DNA from: Blastocatellia bacterium
GTDB taxonomy: Bacteria > Acidobacteriota > Blastocatellia > UBA7656
Direction of reading: 5' to 3'
Assembly: GCA_045807765.1 (NCBI GenBank)
Contig: JBJMGU010000120.1
Span: forward strand, 778-64,777
DNA: 64,000 nucleotides
Shown: one piece after another, positions 52,898 through 62,970 of the stretch
How the letters are laid out: every line of letters starts with the position of its first letter
Position numbering within the stretch: position 1 is the first letter of the stretch
Program-made: the position numbers and the translations under genes
The notes under the pieces: model-generated
The model's input: only the letters and a program-made list of their open reading frames with translations
Told to the model about the DNA's origin: nothing
The model's database searches: none

Positions 52898-53392
52898 ATG
52901 TATTTTCGATTCGCAAAAACCCTCGGCCTCGTCATCGCTTTGACCATGCTGGCGTCTTTCGCTTCGGCGCAGGATCATGTACTGACTCACAAGGAAGGCG
53001 GCATTCGATTCGCGCTGCCCGCCGGCTGGACATCAGACGCTGAAGGCGACCGCCTGCTCGTCCACTCACCCGACAATAGCGTGGCCATTGTTTTCTTTGT
53101 CGCTACCGAAGACAACTTCGAGGCCGCCATTGACGCCATGACCGGCGAAGTCGACAAGATTATCGATAACGTCAAAGTCACCAATAAAGGCAAGGAAGGC
53201 GAGCATAACGGTATGCCGATGTATTCGGTATCGGGCAACGGCACCATAGACGACAAGCCGGTTGCCTGGGACGTGACGCTGCTTGCGGCCAAGCGGCTCG
53301 TCATCGTCATGGGCTTTGCCGAGCCGGCAAGCTTGAAAAAGAACGCCGCCGCTTACCTCCAGCTCGTCGAGAGCATCCACAAAACCGAGTAA
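52898..53392 (+). CDS. Secreted hypothetical protein
   Basis: Signal peptide (LVIALTMLASFASAQ). 164 aa. No recognised domain. Confidence 0.5.
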   Translation: MYFRFAKTLGLVIALTMLASFASAQDHVLTHKEGGIRFALPAGWTSDAEGDRLLVHSPDNSVAIVFFVATEDNFEAAIDAMTGEVDKIIDNVKVTNKGKEGEHNGMPMYSVSGNGTIDDKPVAWDVTLLAAKRLVIVMGFAEPASLKKNAAAYLQLVESIHKTE

Positions 53393-53503
53393 GCGCGCAC
53401 AGACCACCCGACGGCGAGCGGTGGGCGATGCTGCGATTGCCCGCCGCTTCTATTTTTGCCGCGCCTTCCGCACAACTCTGATTTCGCGCCGCCACGAAAG
53501 CGG

Positions 53504-53531
53504 TTGCCTTCGCCGACGGTGGTGATATAAT
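53504..53531 (+). promoter_or_regulatory. Candidate sigma70 promoter with ~190-nt leader before 53726 ORF
   Basis: TTGCCT (53504-53509), 16-nt spacer, perfect TATAAT (53526-53531). Confidence 0.3.
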
Positions 53532-53725
53532 CCGCGCGCCACGGCAATCCACTCTTATACCTCCGCCGTAGTGCAATACCGGGTATCATCGAATCGTTTT
53601 CACGGCTCCGCGGTTTTTCATCACCACCGAATTAGATCCACGGGTTTCTCGAAATCCGCGATGCCAGCCCGACGGCCCGGCCCGTCTGCATAGCTTGCTG
53701 TCAGCAGAGAATAGGAGAAAAGACC

Positions 53726-54622
53726 ATGAGAAAAAACCTGATGTTTCTGTTTGCTACCTGCCTGCTTGCCGCCCTGGCGCCGCAAGTCCTGGCTCAGACT
53801 CCCCCACCGCCACCGAAAGTCATGACCATCTTCCGCGAAGATGTGAAGCCTGGACGTGGCGCGGCCCATGAGAAGGTCGAAGCCGGCTACGTGGCGGCCA
53901 TGCGCAAGGCGAAATGGAACACATACTCGCTGGCGCTTTCGTCGGTGTCGGGGGTTGGCGACGCCTGGTTCCTGACCGGCTACCCGTCGCTCGAAGCAAT
54001 GGAAACCGACCGCCGTAACACCAACAAGAACGCGACGTTGAGCGGCGAATATGACCGCCTCGACGAAATGGACGCGCAATTCCGCACTAACCAGCGCCTG
54101 ATGATCGCTCGCTTGCAGGAGAACCTGAGTTATCACGAGAACATTGATGTCGCCCATATGCGCTACTTCGATGTCATCACCTTCCGCGTACGGCCCGGCC
54201 ACGAGGCGCAGTTTGCCGAAGCCGCCAAGCTCCTGAGCAGCGCTTACGACAAGGCCAAGGCGGATGTCCACTGGGCGACTTACGCGGTGATGAGCGGCGC
54301 GCCCGCCGGCACCTATCTCGTCTTTCTGCCGCTGAAATCGCTCAAGGAAATGGACCCAAACCCCGATGTCGAGAAAGCGATGATGGCGGCTATGGGCGAA
54401 GACGGCGGCAAGCAGATGGACAAGATCGCCAGCGAAGCGTACATCTCGATGGAAAGCACGATCTACGCCTTCAGCCCGCGCATGAGCTACGTCCCCAAAG
54501 AATGGGAAGACGCCGACGCGGCCTTCTGGAAACCGAGGCCGGCGACGGTCGCCAAAGCGCCGATCAAGAAAGCGCCCGCCAAGACCGCCAGCGCCAAGAC
54601 CTCGACCGAAACCAAGCCGTAA
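53726..54622 (+). CDS. Secreted hypothetical protein
   Basis: Signal peptide (MRKNLMFLFATCLLAALAPQVLAQ). C-terminal KAPIKKAPAKTASAKT tail. No recognised domain. Confidence 0.5.
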   Translation: MRKNLMFLFATCLLAALAPQVLAQTPPPPPKVMTIFREDVKPGRGAAHEKVEAGYVAAMRKAKWNTYSLALSSVSGVGDAWFLTGYPSLEAMETDRRNTNKNATLSGEYDRLDEMDAQFRTNQRLMIARLQENLSYHENIDVAHMRYFDVITFRVRPGHEAQFAEAAKLLSSAYDKAKADVHWATYAVMSGAPAGTYLVFLPLKSLKEMDPNPDVEKAMMAAMGEDGGKQMDKIASEAYISMESTIYAFSPRMSYVPKEWEDADAAFWKPRPATVAKAPIKKAPAKTASAKTSTETKP

Positions 54623-54760
54623 GCAACGATTGCCCGAACAGTCGTGATGCAGACCGCCGCTTGCCGTATGATTGCAAGCGGCGGTCTTATTTGTTCGGCA
54701 GGTGATTTTCGTCGCCGCCGCAAGTTCTGGAACTTTTATGGTCGCTCAAGCGAATCCTCA

Positions 54761-55402
54761 ATGTCAGCCGTCGGCTGGCCGTTGCCGATGATGAACCTCG
54801 ATGCGCTCAACGACGAAGACTTGCTGCGGCTGGCGCTGGCCGGCGACGAAGCTGCGTTCACGGCGCTCTACCGCCGGCGGCAGCCGAGCGTCTACCGCTT
54901 CGCTTTGCAGATGTGCGGCTCGCCGTCGGGCGCCGAAGATGTGACCCAGGAAGCCTTTCTGACGCTGGTGCGCGACGGCCAGCGCTTCGACCCGGAGCGC
55001 GGACGGCTGCTGGCGTTTCTCTTCGGCATTGCGCGTAACCATGTGCTGCGCCGCCTGGCACGCGAGCGCTCTTTCATTCAGATGGGCGAAACCGACGACG
55101 AGAACCCGCCCAACATGGCCTTGACTGCTGAAGGCGACCCGCTCAGCGAGCTGACGCGCGGCGAGATGATCGAGCGGGTGCGCGCCGCGGTGCTGGCGCT
55201 GCCGGCGCATTATCGCGAAGCCGTCGTGCTATGCGACCTGCACGAGATGAGCTACGCGGAAGCGGCGGAAGTTATCGGTTGCGCTATCGGCACGGTACGC
55301 TCGCGGCTGCACCGCGCACGGCTGATGTTGATTGACAAGCTGCGCGGCGCACAGGACGAGACGGCTTCGCAGGCCGTCAACCCGACGGGGTGTTTCGCAT
55401 GA
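54761..55402 (+). CDS. ECF-type RNA polymerase sigma-70 factor
   Basis: Region 2 (FTALYRRRQPSVYRFALQMCGSPSGAEDVTQEAFLTL) and region 4 (LPAHYREAVVLCDLHEMSYAEAAEVIGCAIGTVRSRLHRAR). The start may be 54788/54791. Confidence 0.85.
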   Translation: MSAVGWPLPMMNLDALNDEDLLRLALAGDEAAFTALYRRRQPSVYRFALQMCGSPSGAEDVTQEAFLTLVRDGQRFDPERGRLLAFLFGIARNHVLRRLARERSFIQMGETDDENPPNMALTAEGDPLSELTRGEMIERVRAAVLALPAHYREAVVLCDLHEMSYAEAAEVIGCAIGTVRSRLHRARLMLIDKLRGAQDETASQAVNPTGCFA

Positions 55403-56205
55403 ACTGCAATGACTTTGAAACGAGAGTGACCGATCTGGCGCGCGGCCAGATGATGGATGCCGACGCACGCGACCGCGCCCTGGCGCACGCCGCCGGCTGT
55501 CGGCGATGCGCCGCGCGTCTCGAAGACGAGCAGCGGCTGAGCGCGGGGCTGAGCGCACTGGCTGGGACCTTCGACCATGAGCAGATGCCTGCACGCGCCG
55601 AAGCGCAACTGCTCGCCGCATTTCGCGCTGCGAACCAGCTTGCGCCCGCGACCAAATCTGCGCGCCGCAGGCTCGCATGGGCAGCAGCGGCGGCGATCCT
55701 CATCGCGCTGGCAGCGTTTGCCGCCGTGCGCTTTGTCGAACGCGACAAGCCGCAGCCCATAGCCGAGCGCCAACCGGCGACACCACAAGAAACAACGCCG
55801 TCGCCGGTTGCGCCTGCCGTGCCACAGCCCGCTAATCAACCTTCGGCACCGCCGGTGCAAGCCGTTGCGACGCCGCATCACAAGCGGCCTGCGCATAGGG
55901 CGACGCCGCAAGCAGTGGCTCAGAAGCCCGCCGGCGTCGCTAGCCCGACAACTCCGCCGGCGCTTAATGCAGAGGCGGCGAGTGGCGATGAGCAGGCGAG
56001 TGAGATCGCCACGTCATTCATTCCGCTGTCGGGCGCGCGCGGTCTGGATGCCGACAATCTGCAACTGGTGCGCGTCAAGCTGCCACGTTCGGCGCTCCTG
56101 TCATTCGGCTTGCCGATGAATGTCGAGCGCGCCGACGAGCGGGTCAAAGCCGACGTGCTGGTCGGCAACGACGGCGTCGCACGCGCCATTCGCTTCGTGC
56201 GCTGA
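55399..56205 (+). CDS. Anti-sigma factor (zf-HC2 type) with TM and Pro-rich periplasmic region
   Basis: Its ATG overlaps the sigma stop (ATGA). HAAGCRRCAARL zinc motif. One TM (LAWAAAAAILIALAAFAAV). Confidence 0.75.
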   Translation: MNCNDFETRVTDLARGQMMDADARDRALAHAAGCRRCAARLEDEQRLSAGLSALAGTFDHEQMPARAEAQLLAAFRAANQLAPATKSARRRLAWAAAAAILIALAAFAAVRFVERDKPQPIAERQPATPQETTPSPVAPAVPQPANQPSAPPVQAVATPHHKRPAHRATPQAVAQKPAGVASPTTPPALNAEAASGDEQASEIATSFIPLSGARGLDADNLQLVRVKLPRSALLSFGLPMNVERADERVKADVLVGNDGVARAIRFVR

Positions 56206-56288
56206 ACCGGGTTGGTGATTGCTGGCTGGCCCTGGCCAGAGATCAGGAACCCGGAACGAGAAACCTATAGCGGTAATCAATTGGGCTC

Positions 56289-56338
56289 GCGCAATCTAAC
56301 AGATTGCGCACTGGCTCACGCAATCTGTTAGATTGCGC
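56289..56338. repeat. Twin palindromes in mutual inverted orientation
   Basis: GCGCAATCTAACAGATTGCGC (56289-56309) and ACGCAATCTGTTAGATTGCGC (56318-56338). Each is a 7-8 bp hairpin, and copy 2 is the reverse complement of copy 1. Confidence 0.6.
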
Positions 56339-56391
56339 TACAGGGCAAACTCAATTGAAATCCGCTCTAAAATCAAACTTCGGAGGAACGT

Positions 56392-57471
56392 ATGAAATCT
56401 TACAGACGATGGATGGTGGTATCGATGCTGCTGGCGCTGGTGGCGACCGGCGCGGTCGTTTCGGCCCAGGACAAACAATTGGACAAACAATCGGATAAGC
56501 AGTCGGAAAAAGCGGCCAAGGCCGGCAAGCTGGATCGCGATGTGCTCATACAGCACGGCAGCCAGTTCATGTTTGACGGCCAGGACGGCGGCCCCGGCGG
56601 GCGCGTCTGGTTCGGCGATTCCGACACCTCGCTTTTCGTCTCTTCAGAGATGCTGAACGGCGACCATGCCATCAAGGGCGCGCCGTATTCGGCGCAGGCA
56701 GTGAGCGAATCTATCCAGACGCTCTCGGATGGCAACCGCATCGTCCGCCGCACGACGGCCAGCGTTTACCGCGACGGCGAAGGCCGCACGCGCCGTGATC
56801 AGAGCATCGGCGATATCGCTCCGTACGCCACCGCTATGGGCGAGCCGTCGCAGGTCATCAGTATCAGTGACCCCATCAGCGGCACCCATTACATGCTCGA
56901 CCCACGCTCGAAGACGGCGCGCAAGATGACCTTCACCTTCACCAAGTCCTTGAACGGCAAAGACGTGGTGACGGTTCAATCCGCGCCGGTGCTGGCCACT
57001 GAGCCGATGGCCGATGGGGCGGTGAAGAGGCACATCGAAGTCCACGCCGCCAACGGCGACCTCCTGACCGATAACATCGTAGGTGATGTCGGCACGTTCA
57101 ATACCAAAGTCCGCGCGCCGAAGATCGAGCAACTGGGCAAACAGATGATCGAAGGTGTCGAAGCCGAGGGCCGGCGCGCGACCATTACCATCCCGGCAGG
57201 CGAGATCGGCAACGAGCAGCCCATCTCGATTGTTTCCGAGAGCTGGTACTCGCCCGATCTCAAGGTGACGGTGATGACCCGCCAAAGCGACCCGCGCATG
57301 GGCGAAACGATTTATCGGCTGACCAACATCAACCGCGCAGAGCCGGCGCACTCGCTCTTTGAAGTGCCGTCGGATTACACGATCAAAGAGAGCGTTGCGC
57401 CGAAGATGAGAATGATGGTCGAGCGCGAAAAGCAGCGCTCGGGCAAGCCTGCCGACAAGCAGGAGAACTAA
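56392..57471 (+). CDS. Secreted hypothetical protein downstream of ECF pair
   Basis: Signal peptide (MVVSMLLALVATGAVVSAQ). KQLDKQSDKQSEK repeat. No recognised domain. Confidence 0.5.
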   Translation: MKSYRRWMVVSMLLALVATGAVVSAQDKQLDKQSDKQSEKAAKAGKLDRDVLIQHGSQFMFDGQDGGPGGRVWFGDSDTSLFVSSEMLNGDHAIKGAPYSAQAVSESIQTLSDGNRIVRRTTASVYRDGEGRTRRDQSIGDIAPYATAMGEPSQVISISDPISGTHYMLDPRSKTARKMTFTFTKSLNGKDVVTVQSAPVLATEPMADGAVKRHIEVHAANGDLLTDNIVGDVGTFNTKVRAPKIEQLGKQMIEGVEAEGRRATITIPAGEIGNEQPISIVSESWYSPDLKVTVMTRQSDPRMGETIYRLTNINRAEPAHSLFEVPSDYTIKESVAPKMRMMVEREKQRSGKPADKQEN

Positions 57472-57518
57472 CGCCTGCGGCCTTGCGCCGGCAGCGCCAC
57501 CATTCATCCTTGCGCTAG

Positions 57519-57562
57519 ACAGCGCGGAGCCTCACACGTGTGAGGCTCCGCGCTGTTTTTTC
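57519..57562 (+). terminator. Strong rho-independent terminator
   Basis: Perfect palindrome ACAGCGCGGAGCCTCACA-CG-TGTGAGGCTCCGCGCTGT followed by T6. Confidence 0.85.
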
Positions 57563-57581
57563 TTTACTCGGCTGATGACGC

Positions 57582-58427
57582 TTAATCCTTCAGGTAGGGT
57601 TCAAGCAAGCGGCCCCAGCTCTTGCTAATCTTTTCATACTCGTCAGCGCAACGCGCGCCGCGCTCTTTCGGCAGGTATCCCTTATTCACCAGGTAGGCAT
57701 ACTTGGTTTCGTCGTGGCCGTAGACCCAGCAGAGCAGGTTGTAAAATCGCTGCGGATCGAGCGAATGCTCATCGGCGAATTGCGTCCTGGTAAAAGGATT
57801 CTTGCCCTGCGCTTTATACTCAGACAGGTATTGGATGGAAGCATCGAGCACAGCCTTTTCTCCATCTTCACCGCTCTCGACCAGGATGACGGTTGCGAGC
57901 TGATCGACGGCATCCTCTTCCTTGCCGGTCACCGGCAGATCGAGGACATGGGTGAGCGCGTGGCCGAGCTCATGAAAGAAGATATGCATGATCGCCCCGC
58001 TCAGCTTGGTGCCCAGCTCGTCATCGGTCTTAGCGTGCGGCGCGTAGGTTTCTGCAAGCTCTACAAGGAACTCATAGCAGAAGATGATGCGTTGTTTTTC
58101 CGGGTCGTAGAAGGCATTGGCCTCGCCGCATTCGCCGAAGCTCAACGTCACATCAACCGGCAGGGCGATGGTCTTGTTCAAATCGTCGGCGATCTCTTCG
58201 AGCAGGCGCTCGGAAGTCACCAGTTGTTGAAGCTCCTTATAGTCCTTGTTCTTCACCGGGATATAGGCGACTTTGAAGCGGCCTTTGCCCTGTGGCGTGC
58301 GGTGTTGCGGCTGCGGCCTGCCGGCGCTGACCGACGAGCCGCCGATCAAGGCGATGCCGATCAATATGATGACGGCGGTGGCCATATGCAACTTCAATCT
58401 CTGGCGAGAAGGACGCGAACGGTTCAT
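57582..58427 (-). CDS. DUF4344-like putative metallopeptidase
   Basis: ATG 58427 with GGAGG upstream. TM/signal segment. HELGHAL zinc motif within FFHELGHALTHVLDLPVTGKEEDAVDQLA. Confidence 0.7.
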   Translation of the reverse strand: MNRSRPSRQRLKLHMATAVIILIGIALIGGSSVSAGRPQPQHRTPQGKGRFKVAYIPVKNKDYKELQQLVTSERLLEEIADDLNKTIALPVDVTLSFGECGEANAFYDPEKQRIIFCYEFLVELAETYAPHAKTDDELGTKLSGAIMHIFFHELGHALTHVLDLPVTGKEEDAVDQLATVILVESGEDGEKAVLDASIQYLSEYKAQGKNPFTRTQFADEHSLDPQRFYNLLCWVYGHDETKYAYLVNKGYLPKERGARCADEYEKISKSWGRLLEPYLKD

Positions 58428-58654
58428 GCTTTTCCTCCAAGGTTGCTGGATGATGTGGCGCAAAGGGTACACTGCCGCCTTGACACACAACCTGGTCGGC
58501 GTCTGAAGGTGGCTTAAATCTGACTCGTTAATTTCCCCTGAGTCCCTGAGCTGCCCCGCGCCGCATTATAGCTGGCCGGCGTTATTGCAACAAACCAATT
58601 ATCGCTAAAAATGTCGGCGATTTACGAACCATAACCTGATTTACAAAACTCACG

Positions 58655-61102
58655 TCAACGCCCGCGCAGGTATTCGAGCGCCGCCATCTGCCGAGGGCTC
58701 GGATAAGGCACATCGTCGCCTTTGATCGCGCGCCAGAGGACGCGGTTGAACAGCGCCATGTCGGCCCGGTCTTCTTTGCTGAAGTCGAGCCGCAGCGAAT
58801 CCTGCGCGTTATGACCATGCGCAGGGTTCAGCTCGTCGAGCGGTTGCGCCGGCTTCAAGACTTCGTAAGGCCGCAGGTCAGGCTCTGCCGCGAAAATCTC
58901 GCGCAGCGGTCGCCCGTAATAATCAAACTGCGAGAGCGGCGCAAGCCCAAGAATCTCTTCCATCGTCGCAATCACGTCGGTGGTGTTGACGAAGCGGTGT
59001 AGCGTGCCGGTGCGATTGTACGGCGAGATGACCATCAGCACAGAGCGGTGCGAATCCACATGGTCTGGGCCGTCCTGTGCGTCGTCTTCGAGAACGAAAA
59101 AGACCGTGTCTTTCCAGAAAGCCGATTTCGACACCGCCTCGACCATGCGCCCAAGCGCGAAATCATTGTCGGCGACGTAAGCCGCAGGCGTGCGCCACCA
59201 CGGGCGCGCGCCGCCTGTGTGATCGCACGGCAGATGGACGATCTCCAGCGCCGGCAGCCTCCCTTTGGCGGCGAACTCCTGAAACTCTTTAAGCCAGACC
59301 TCGACGCGCTTCTGATCCGTAATCGCCATATCAAACGACGGATAATTGGGATTGGTGTGCGGGGCCAACGCCTTCTTCACAGCGCCATAGCGCGGCGCCG
59401 CCTTAGACTTGCCTTTAGGCGCTTCGACCGGCAAGGCGAACTCGCCATAGTTGCGCAGCGTGATGCCTTTGCGCAAAGCGGCGTCCCAGAGATAGCCGTT
59501 GACCGGCTCGTCTACCTCGCCAGCGTCGTCCGGGTCGGCGCGGCGTTGCGAGTAGGTCGAGGGCACGACCTTCTCCGTGTAGTCGGTCGAGTAGGCGGAC
59601 GTAGACCACTGGTGGCCCTGCGAGCTGACCTCTGCGGTGACGAAGAAACGGTCGAAGAGTCCGAAGCGCTCGGCCAGCGCCCGGTGATTCGGGGTCACTC
59701 TTTGCGGAAAGAACAACAGCGCCGGGTCGCCATCGCCGGCTTTCAGGTCGCCGAATATCTGGTCATAGGTGCGATTCTCTTTGATGACATAAATCACATG
59801 CTTGAACGGTGGGTAGCGCGGGGCGGCTGGTCGCCGGCTCCAGTTATTCAATTCGGCGACGTGCGCCGTCAGCCGATTCAACTTGGCGGCGGCTACGGGC
59901 AATGTCAGCTCGGTGATCGTGCCGTTGAGCTGGCCGAGCACATAACTGGTCTTCGGGCCTTCGGCATTCGTGCCGGGCTTGCGCCGGTCGGGGTTGGCCA
60001 TCGTTCCGCGCCCTTTGCCGTTCAGCACCCAGAGCGCGTTGGGCGAAGCGACCAGCGCCGTCGGATACCAGCCAACCGGGATGCGACCGGCAAGGCGATC
60101 CTGTGCGCGCTTGGTCGGCTGCCCCGCGGTCGCGCTGCTGAGGTCAAAGACCGCGACGGCGTTGTTATCGGCTTCGGCGACAAACAACTGCCCGCCGCCG
60201 GGCGACAGCGACAGCGCGTCGGGCGTGCTGCCTTCGCGCGGCCCGGCGGGCGGCGCATCCAACAGCTCTTTGATGACCCGGCGTTTTGTCGTGTCAACTA
60301 CAATCACCCGATCGTTGCTCGCCGAGGCGATAAAGAGTCTTGTGCCCTGTGTGTTCAACGCCAGCGCCGACGGGTGGCGTCCAACGGCAATCTTGCCGGC
60401 GTCTGTAAGCCCGCCGCTCGCCGCGTTAAAGACGGAAACGCTGTCGCCGCCCCACGCCGAGACGTAGACTCTGGCATCGGCGGCAACCGCAACATTGTAC
60501 GGGTAATGATCGGTCTTCAATCGCTGTACGATGCGATGGCTCGCCGTATCTATGACGGCGAGCGAGTCAGCGAGATTTTCGGCGACATAGAGATAACGGC
60601 CATCGCGCGACACGGCCAGCCCTGCGGGAAAGCGCGTGCCATCTTTCTTCGGCGCTTTCTCGGCCAGCGCGATGTGGTCGATGAGTGTGGCGCGGCCATC
60701 GCGCCAGCTATAACAATAGACGGCGTCTTCGTTGCCGCCCGACGCATACAGCGTCTTACCATCGGGCGAAAAGACGAGGCCGAGAAAGGCCGCCGGCTGC
60801 GTAAGCGTTTGCACGACGCGGCCAGTGGCGCGCTCGACCACTTGCACGCCCTGTTCGCGCCAACCGTTGAGCGACAGGATCAAGTGATCGCCTTCGGGCG
60901 CGAGCAGCATCCCAAGCGGCATGTTGCCGACATCGAACGAGCGCCCCTCAGGGTCGAGCCGCGCCCCCGTAGGCAACCGCGGCGACGCATCCGTGTCATC
61001 GGCGGCGCGCGAGGCCGGCAGGCTAGTATTCAATGTCACAAAGGTTAGAGTGATCGCAATACAACAAGGGGTCAGGCAAGCGAGCAAGGTCTTGATGTGC
61101 AT
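58655..61102 (-). CDS. Secreted beta-propeller (YVTN/lactonase-type repeats) fused to phosphoesterase (PLC/AcpA, PF04185-like) domain
   Basis: N-half has repeats such as LYVAENLADSLAVIDTASHRIV. C-half has HVIYVIKENRTYDQIFGDL and VLEDDAQDGPDHVDSHRS motifs. Confidence 0.75.
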   Translation of the reverse strand: MHIKTLLACLTPCCIAITLTFVTLNTSLPASRAADDTDASPRLPTGARLDPEGRSFDVGNMPLGMLLAPEGDHLILSLNGWREQGVQVVERATGRVVQTLTQPAAFLGLVFSPDGKTLYASGGNEDAVYCYSWRDGRATLIDHIALAEKAPKKDGTRFPAGLAVSRDGRYLYVAENLADSLAVIDTASHRIVQRLKTDHYPYNVAVAADARVYVSAWGGDSVSVFNAASGGLTDAGKIAVGRHPSALALNTQGTRLFIASASNDRVIVVDTTKRRVIKELLDAPPAGPREGSTPDALSLSPGGGQLFVAEADNNAVAVFDLSSATAGQPTKRAQDRLAGRIPVGWYPTALVASPNALWVLNGKGRGTMANPDRRKPGTNAEGPKTSYVLGQLNGTITELTLPVAAAKLNRLTAHVAELNNWSRRPAAPRYPPFKHVIYVIKENRTYDQIFGDLKAGDGDPALLFFPQRVTPNHRALAERFGLFDRFFVTAEVSSQGHQWSTSAYSTDYTEKVVPSTYSQRRADPDDAGEVDEPVNGYLWDAALRKGITLRNYGEFALPVEAPKGKSKAAPRYGAVKKALAPHTNPNYPSFDMAITDQKRVEVWLKEFQEFAAKGRLPALEIVHLPCDHTGGARPWWRTPAAYVADNDFALGRMVEAVSKSAFWKDTVFFVLEDDAQDGPDHVDSHRSVLMVISPYNRTGTLHRFVNTTDVIATMEEILGLAPLSQFDYYGRPLREIFAAEPDLRPYEVLKPAQPLDELNPAHGHNAQDSLRLDFSKEDRADMALFNRVLWRAIKGDDVPYPSPRQMAALEYLRGR

Positions 61103-61144
61103 GCGCTGATTGAATCAAAACGCGCACATTATGGCAAAGGATTC

Positions 61145-62773
61145 TCAAGCTTTCATGGATTTTTCCGTATTTTCCTGCTGGCGCGTTTCCATGACGTTTT
61201 CGAGCGTTTCGCGCACCTGCGGCAGGTAAGCCGTCAATAATCCAAACTCGCGCTTCGGCAGCGAGATCGTGTTCATCGGCGCAACACAGCGCACGGTCGC
61301 GCCGCGCGTCGTCTGCTTGAGCAAGGCCATCTCGCCGAAGTATTCGCCCGCCCCGAGCTGCGCCAATATATTTTCTGCGCCCTCGACTTCGCGCACGACT
61401 TCGGCCTGACCGCTGACGATCATGTAGATTCGATCACCGAGGTCGCCTTGATGGAAGACCTCTTCGCCCGGCTCGAAGTGTTCCTGCGTGATGCCCATCG
61501 AAGAGTTGAGCTTTAACTGCACCAGCTCTGCCGGCAATAGCAGGTCGAGCGTCCATGACGAAGCGACCTTGAGGCGGCGGCCCCAGCCCGGCAGCTTCAT
61601 CAGATAGATCGTTCGCCATATCCACCAGGCGAGGAATCCCGAAAGCTTGATGCCGAAAATCTGCGCTACCGCCGAGCGGTGACCGAGCGCGCCCATCTGG
61701 CCAAGCTCATTAAACGCAAAGGTCTTCTTGGCGCCGCCGCGAATGTCGGCGAGGATATTCTCAGCGGCAACCTTTGCCTGCCGGGTGGCATACTGCGCGG
61801 TCGGCGGGCTGACCGTGCCGTCGGGCGTCGGAATCTGGCCGCAGTCGCCGACGGCGTATAGTCCCGGTACGCCTTCGACTTCGAGCTGGCCGTTGCAGAT
61901 CAAGCGCCCGTTCTTGCCTTTCGGCAGATCGAGCCCATCAATGATCGGATGCGGCGAGCTGGGCACGGTCGAAACCAGCGTGCGCGTCGGGATGCGCCTG
62001 CCGTCTTTGAGGATGGCTTCCTCGCCGGTGGCGGCAGCGAGCCGCACGTTGAGCAAGACCTCGACGCCGCGCTTCTGCAAAATCTTTTGCGCGAAGCGCG
62101 CCAGGTCTTCGGGCATTTCGGGTAGGATGCGGTCTTGCGAATGCACCAGCACGACGCGAATCTCGCGCGGGTCAAGGCCGCGATAGCTCTTCGCTACTTC
62201 GCGCACAAAGTCGTTCAGCTCGGCGACGACTTCGACGCCGGAAAAGCCGCCGCCGGCAACGACGAAGGTCAGCAGTTGCCGCCGCAAATCCATATCGTGA
62301 TCTTCGATTGCTGCTTCTTCGAGGGCACGGATGACGTGGTTGCGCAAGTAGAGCGCGTCGGCCAGGTTCTTGAACGGCAGCGCATGCTCGGGCAACCCAG
62401 GCATGCCGCGAAAGTCTGTCACATTGCCGAGCGCGAAGACGAGGCAATCATAATCAATGACGTGCGGGTGCGGGCGAAAGCCGGGACTGGTCGTCACCGT
62501 TTTGTTCTGAAGATCGATGGCTTCGATGTCGCGGACATGCAGGTTGGTGCGCGGCAACAATCGGCGAATCGGGCTGACGGTGTCGAGCAGGCCGATGGTT
62601 CCCGAAATGACTTCCGGCAACATCGGCTGAAAGACGAAGTAATTCTCTTTGTTGATCAGCGTGATCTCGTAATCGTCGCGGCGACCGAGCGCTTTTTCCA
62701 GGTACGTGGCAGTGTAGACGCCGGCAAAGCCGCCGCCGAGAATAACGATGCGTTTGCGCGTTTGCTTGCTCAT
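61145..62773 (-). CDS. Type II NADH dehydrogenase (NDH-2)-like flavoprotein fused to C-terminal cyclic-nucleotide-binding domain
   Basis: IVILGGGFAGVYTA and FVVAGGGFSGVE dinucleotide folds, then GDCG. A hydrophobic segment (FLAWWIWRTIYLMKL). cNMP signature GEYFGEMALL...RGATVRC. Confidence 0.8.
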   Translation of the reverse strand: MSKQTRKRIVILGGGFAGVYTATYLEKALGRRDDYEITLINKENYFVFQPMLPEVISGTIGLLDTVSPIRRLLPRTNLHVRDIEAIDLQNKTVTTSPGFRPHPHVIDYDCLVFALGNVTDFRGMPGLPEHALPFKNLADALYLRNHVIRALEEAAIEDHDMDLRRQLLTFVVAGGGFSGVEVVAELNDFVREVAKSYRGLDPREIRVVLVHSQDRILPEMPEDLARFAQKILQKRGVEVLLNVRLAAATGEEAILKDGRRIPTRTLVSTVPSSPHPIIDGLDLPKGKNGRLICNGQLEVEGVPGLYAVGDCGQIPTPDGTVSPPTAQYATRQAKVAAENILADIRGGAKKTFAFNELGQMGALGHRSAVAQIFGIKLSGFLAWWIWRTIYLMKLPGWGRRLKVASSWTLDLLLPAELVQLKLNSSMGITQEHFEPGEEVFHQGDLGDRIYMIVSGQAEVVREVEGAENILAQLGAGEYFGEMALLKQTTRGATVRCVAPMNTISLPKREFGLLTAYLPQVRETLENVMETRQQENTEKSMKA

Positions 62774-62855
62774 GAAATTATCCTGACCAGCAAATCAGAT
62801 CGGCTCACAGGCCCGCTCATCTCTCTTTATGCCGAACGCGGCGCGGCTTATTCCC

Positions 62856-62969
<114 letters not shown>

Positions 62970-62970
62970 G

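Noticed and set aside
53532-53725. A possible small RNA between the TATAAT at 53526 and the T-run at about 53630.
   Set aside because: I could not find a convincing GC stem immediately before the T-run. It is kept only as a low-confidence promoter feature.
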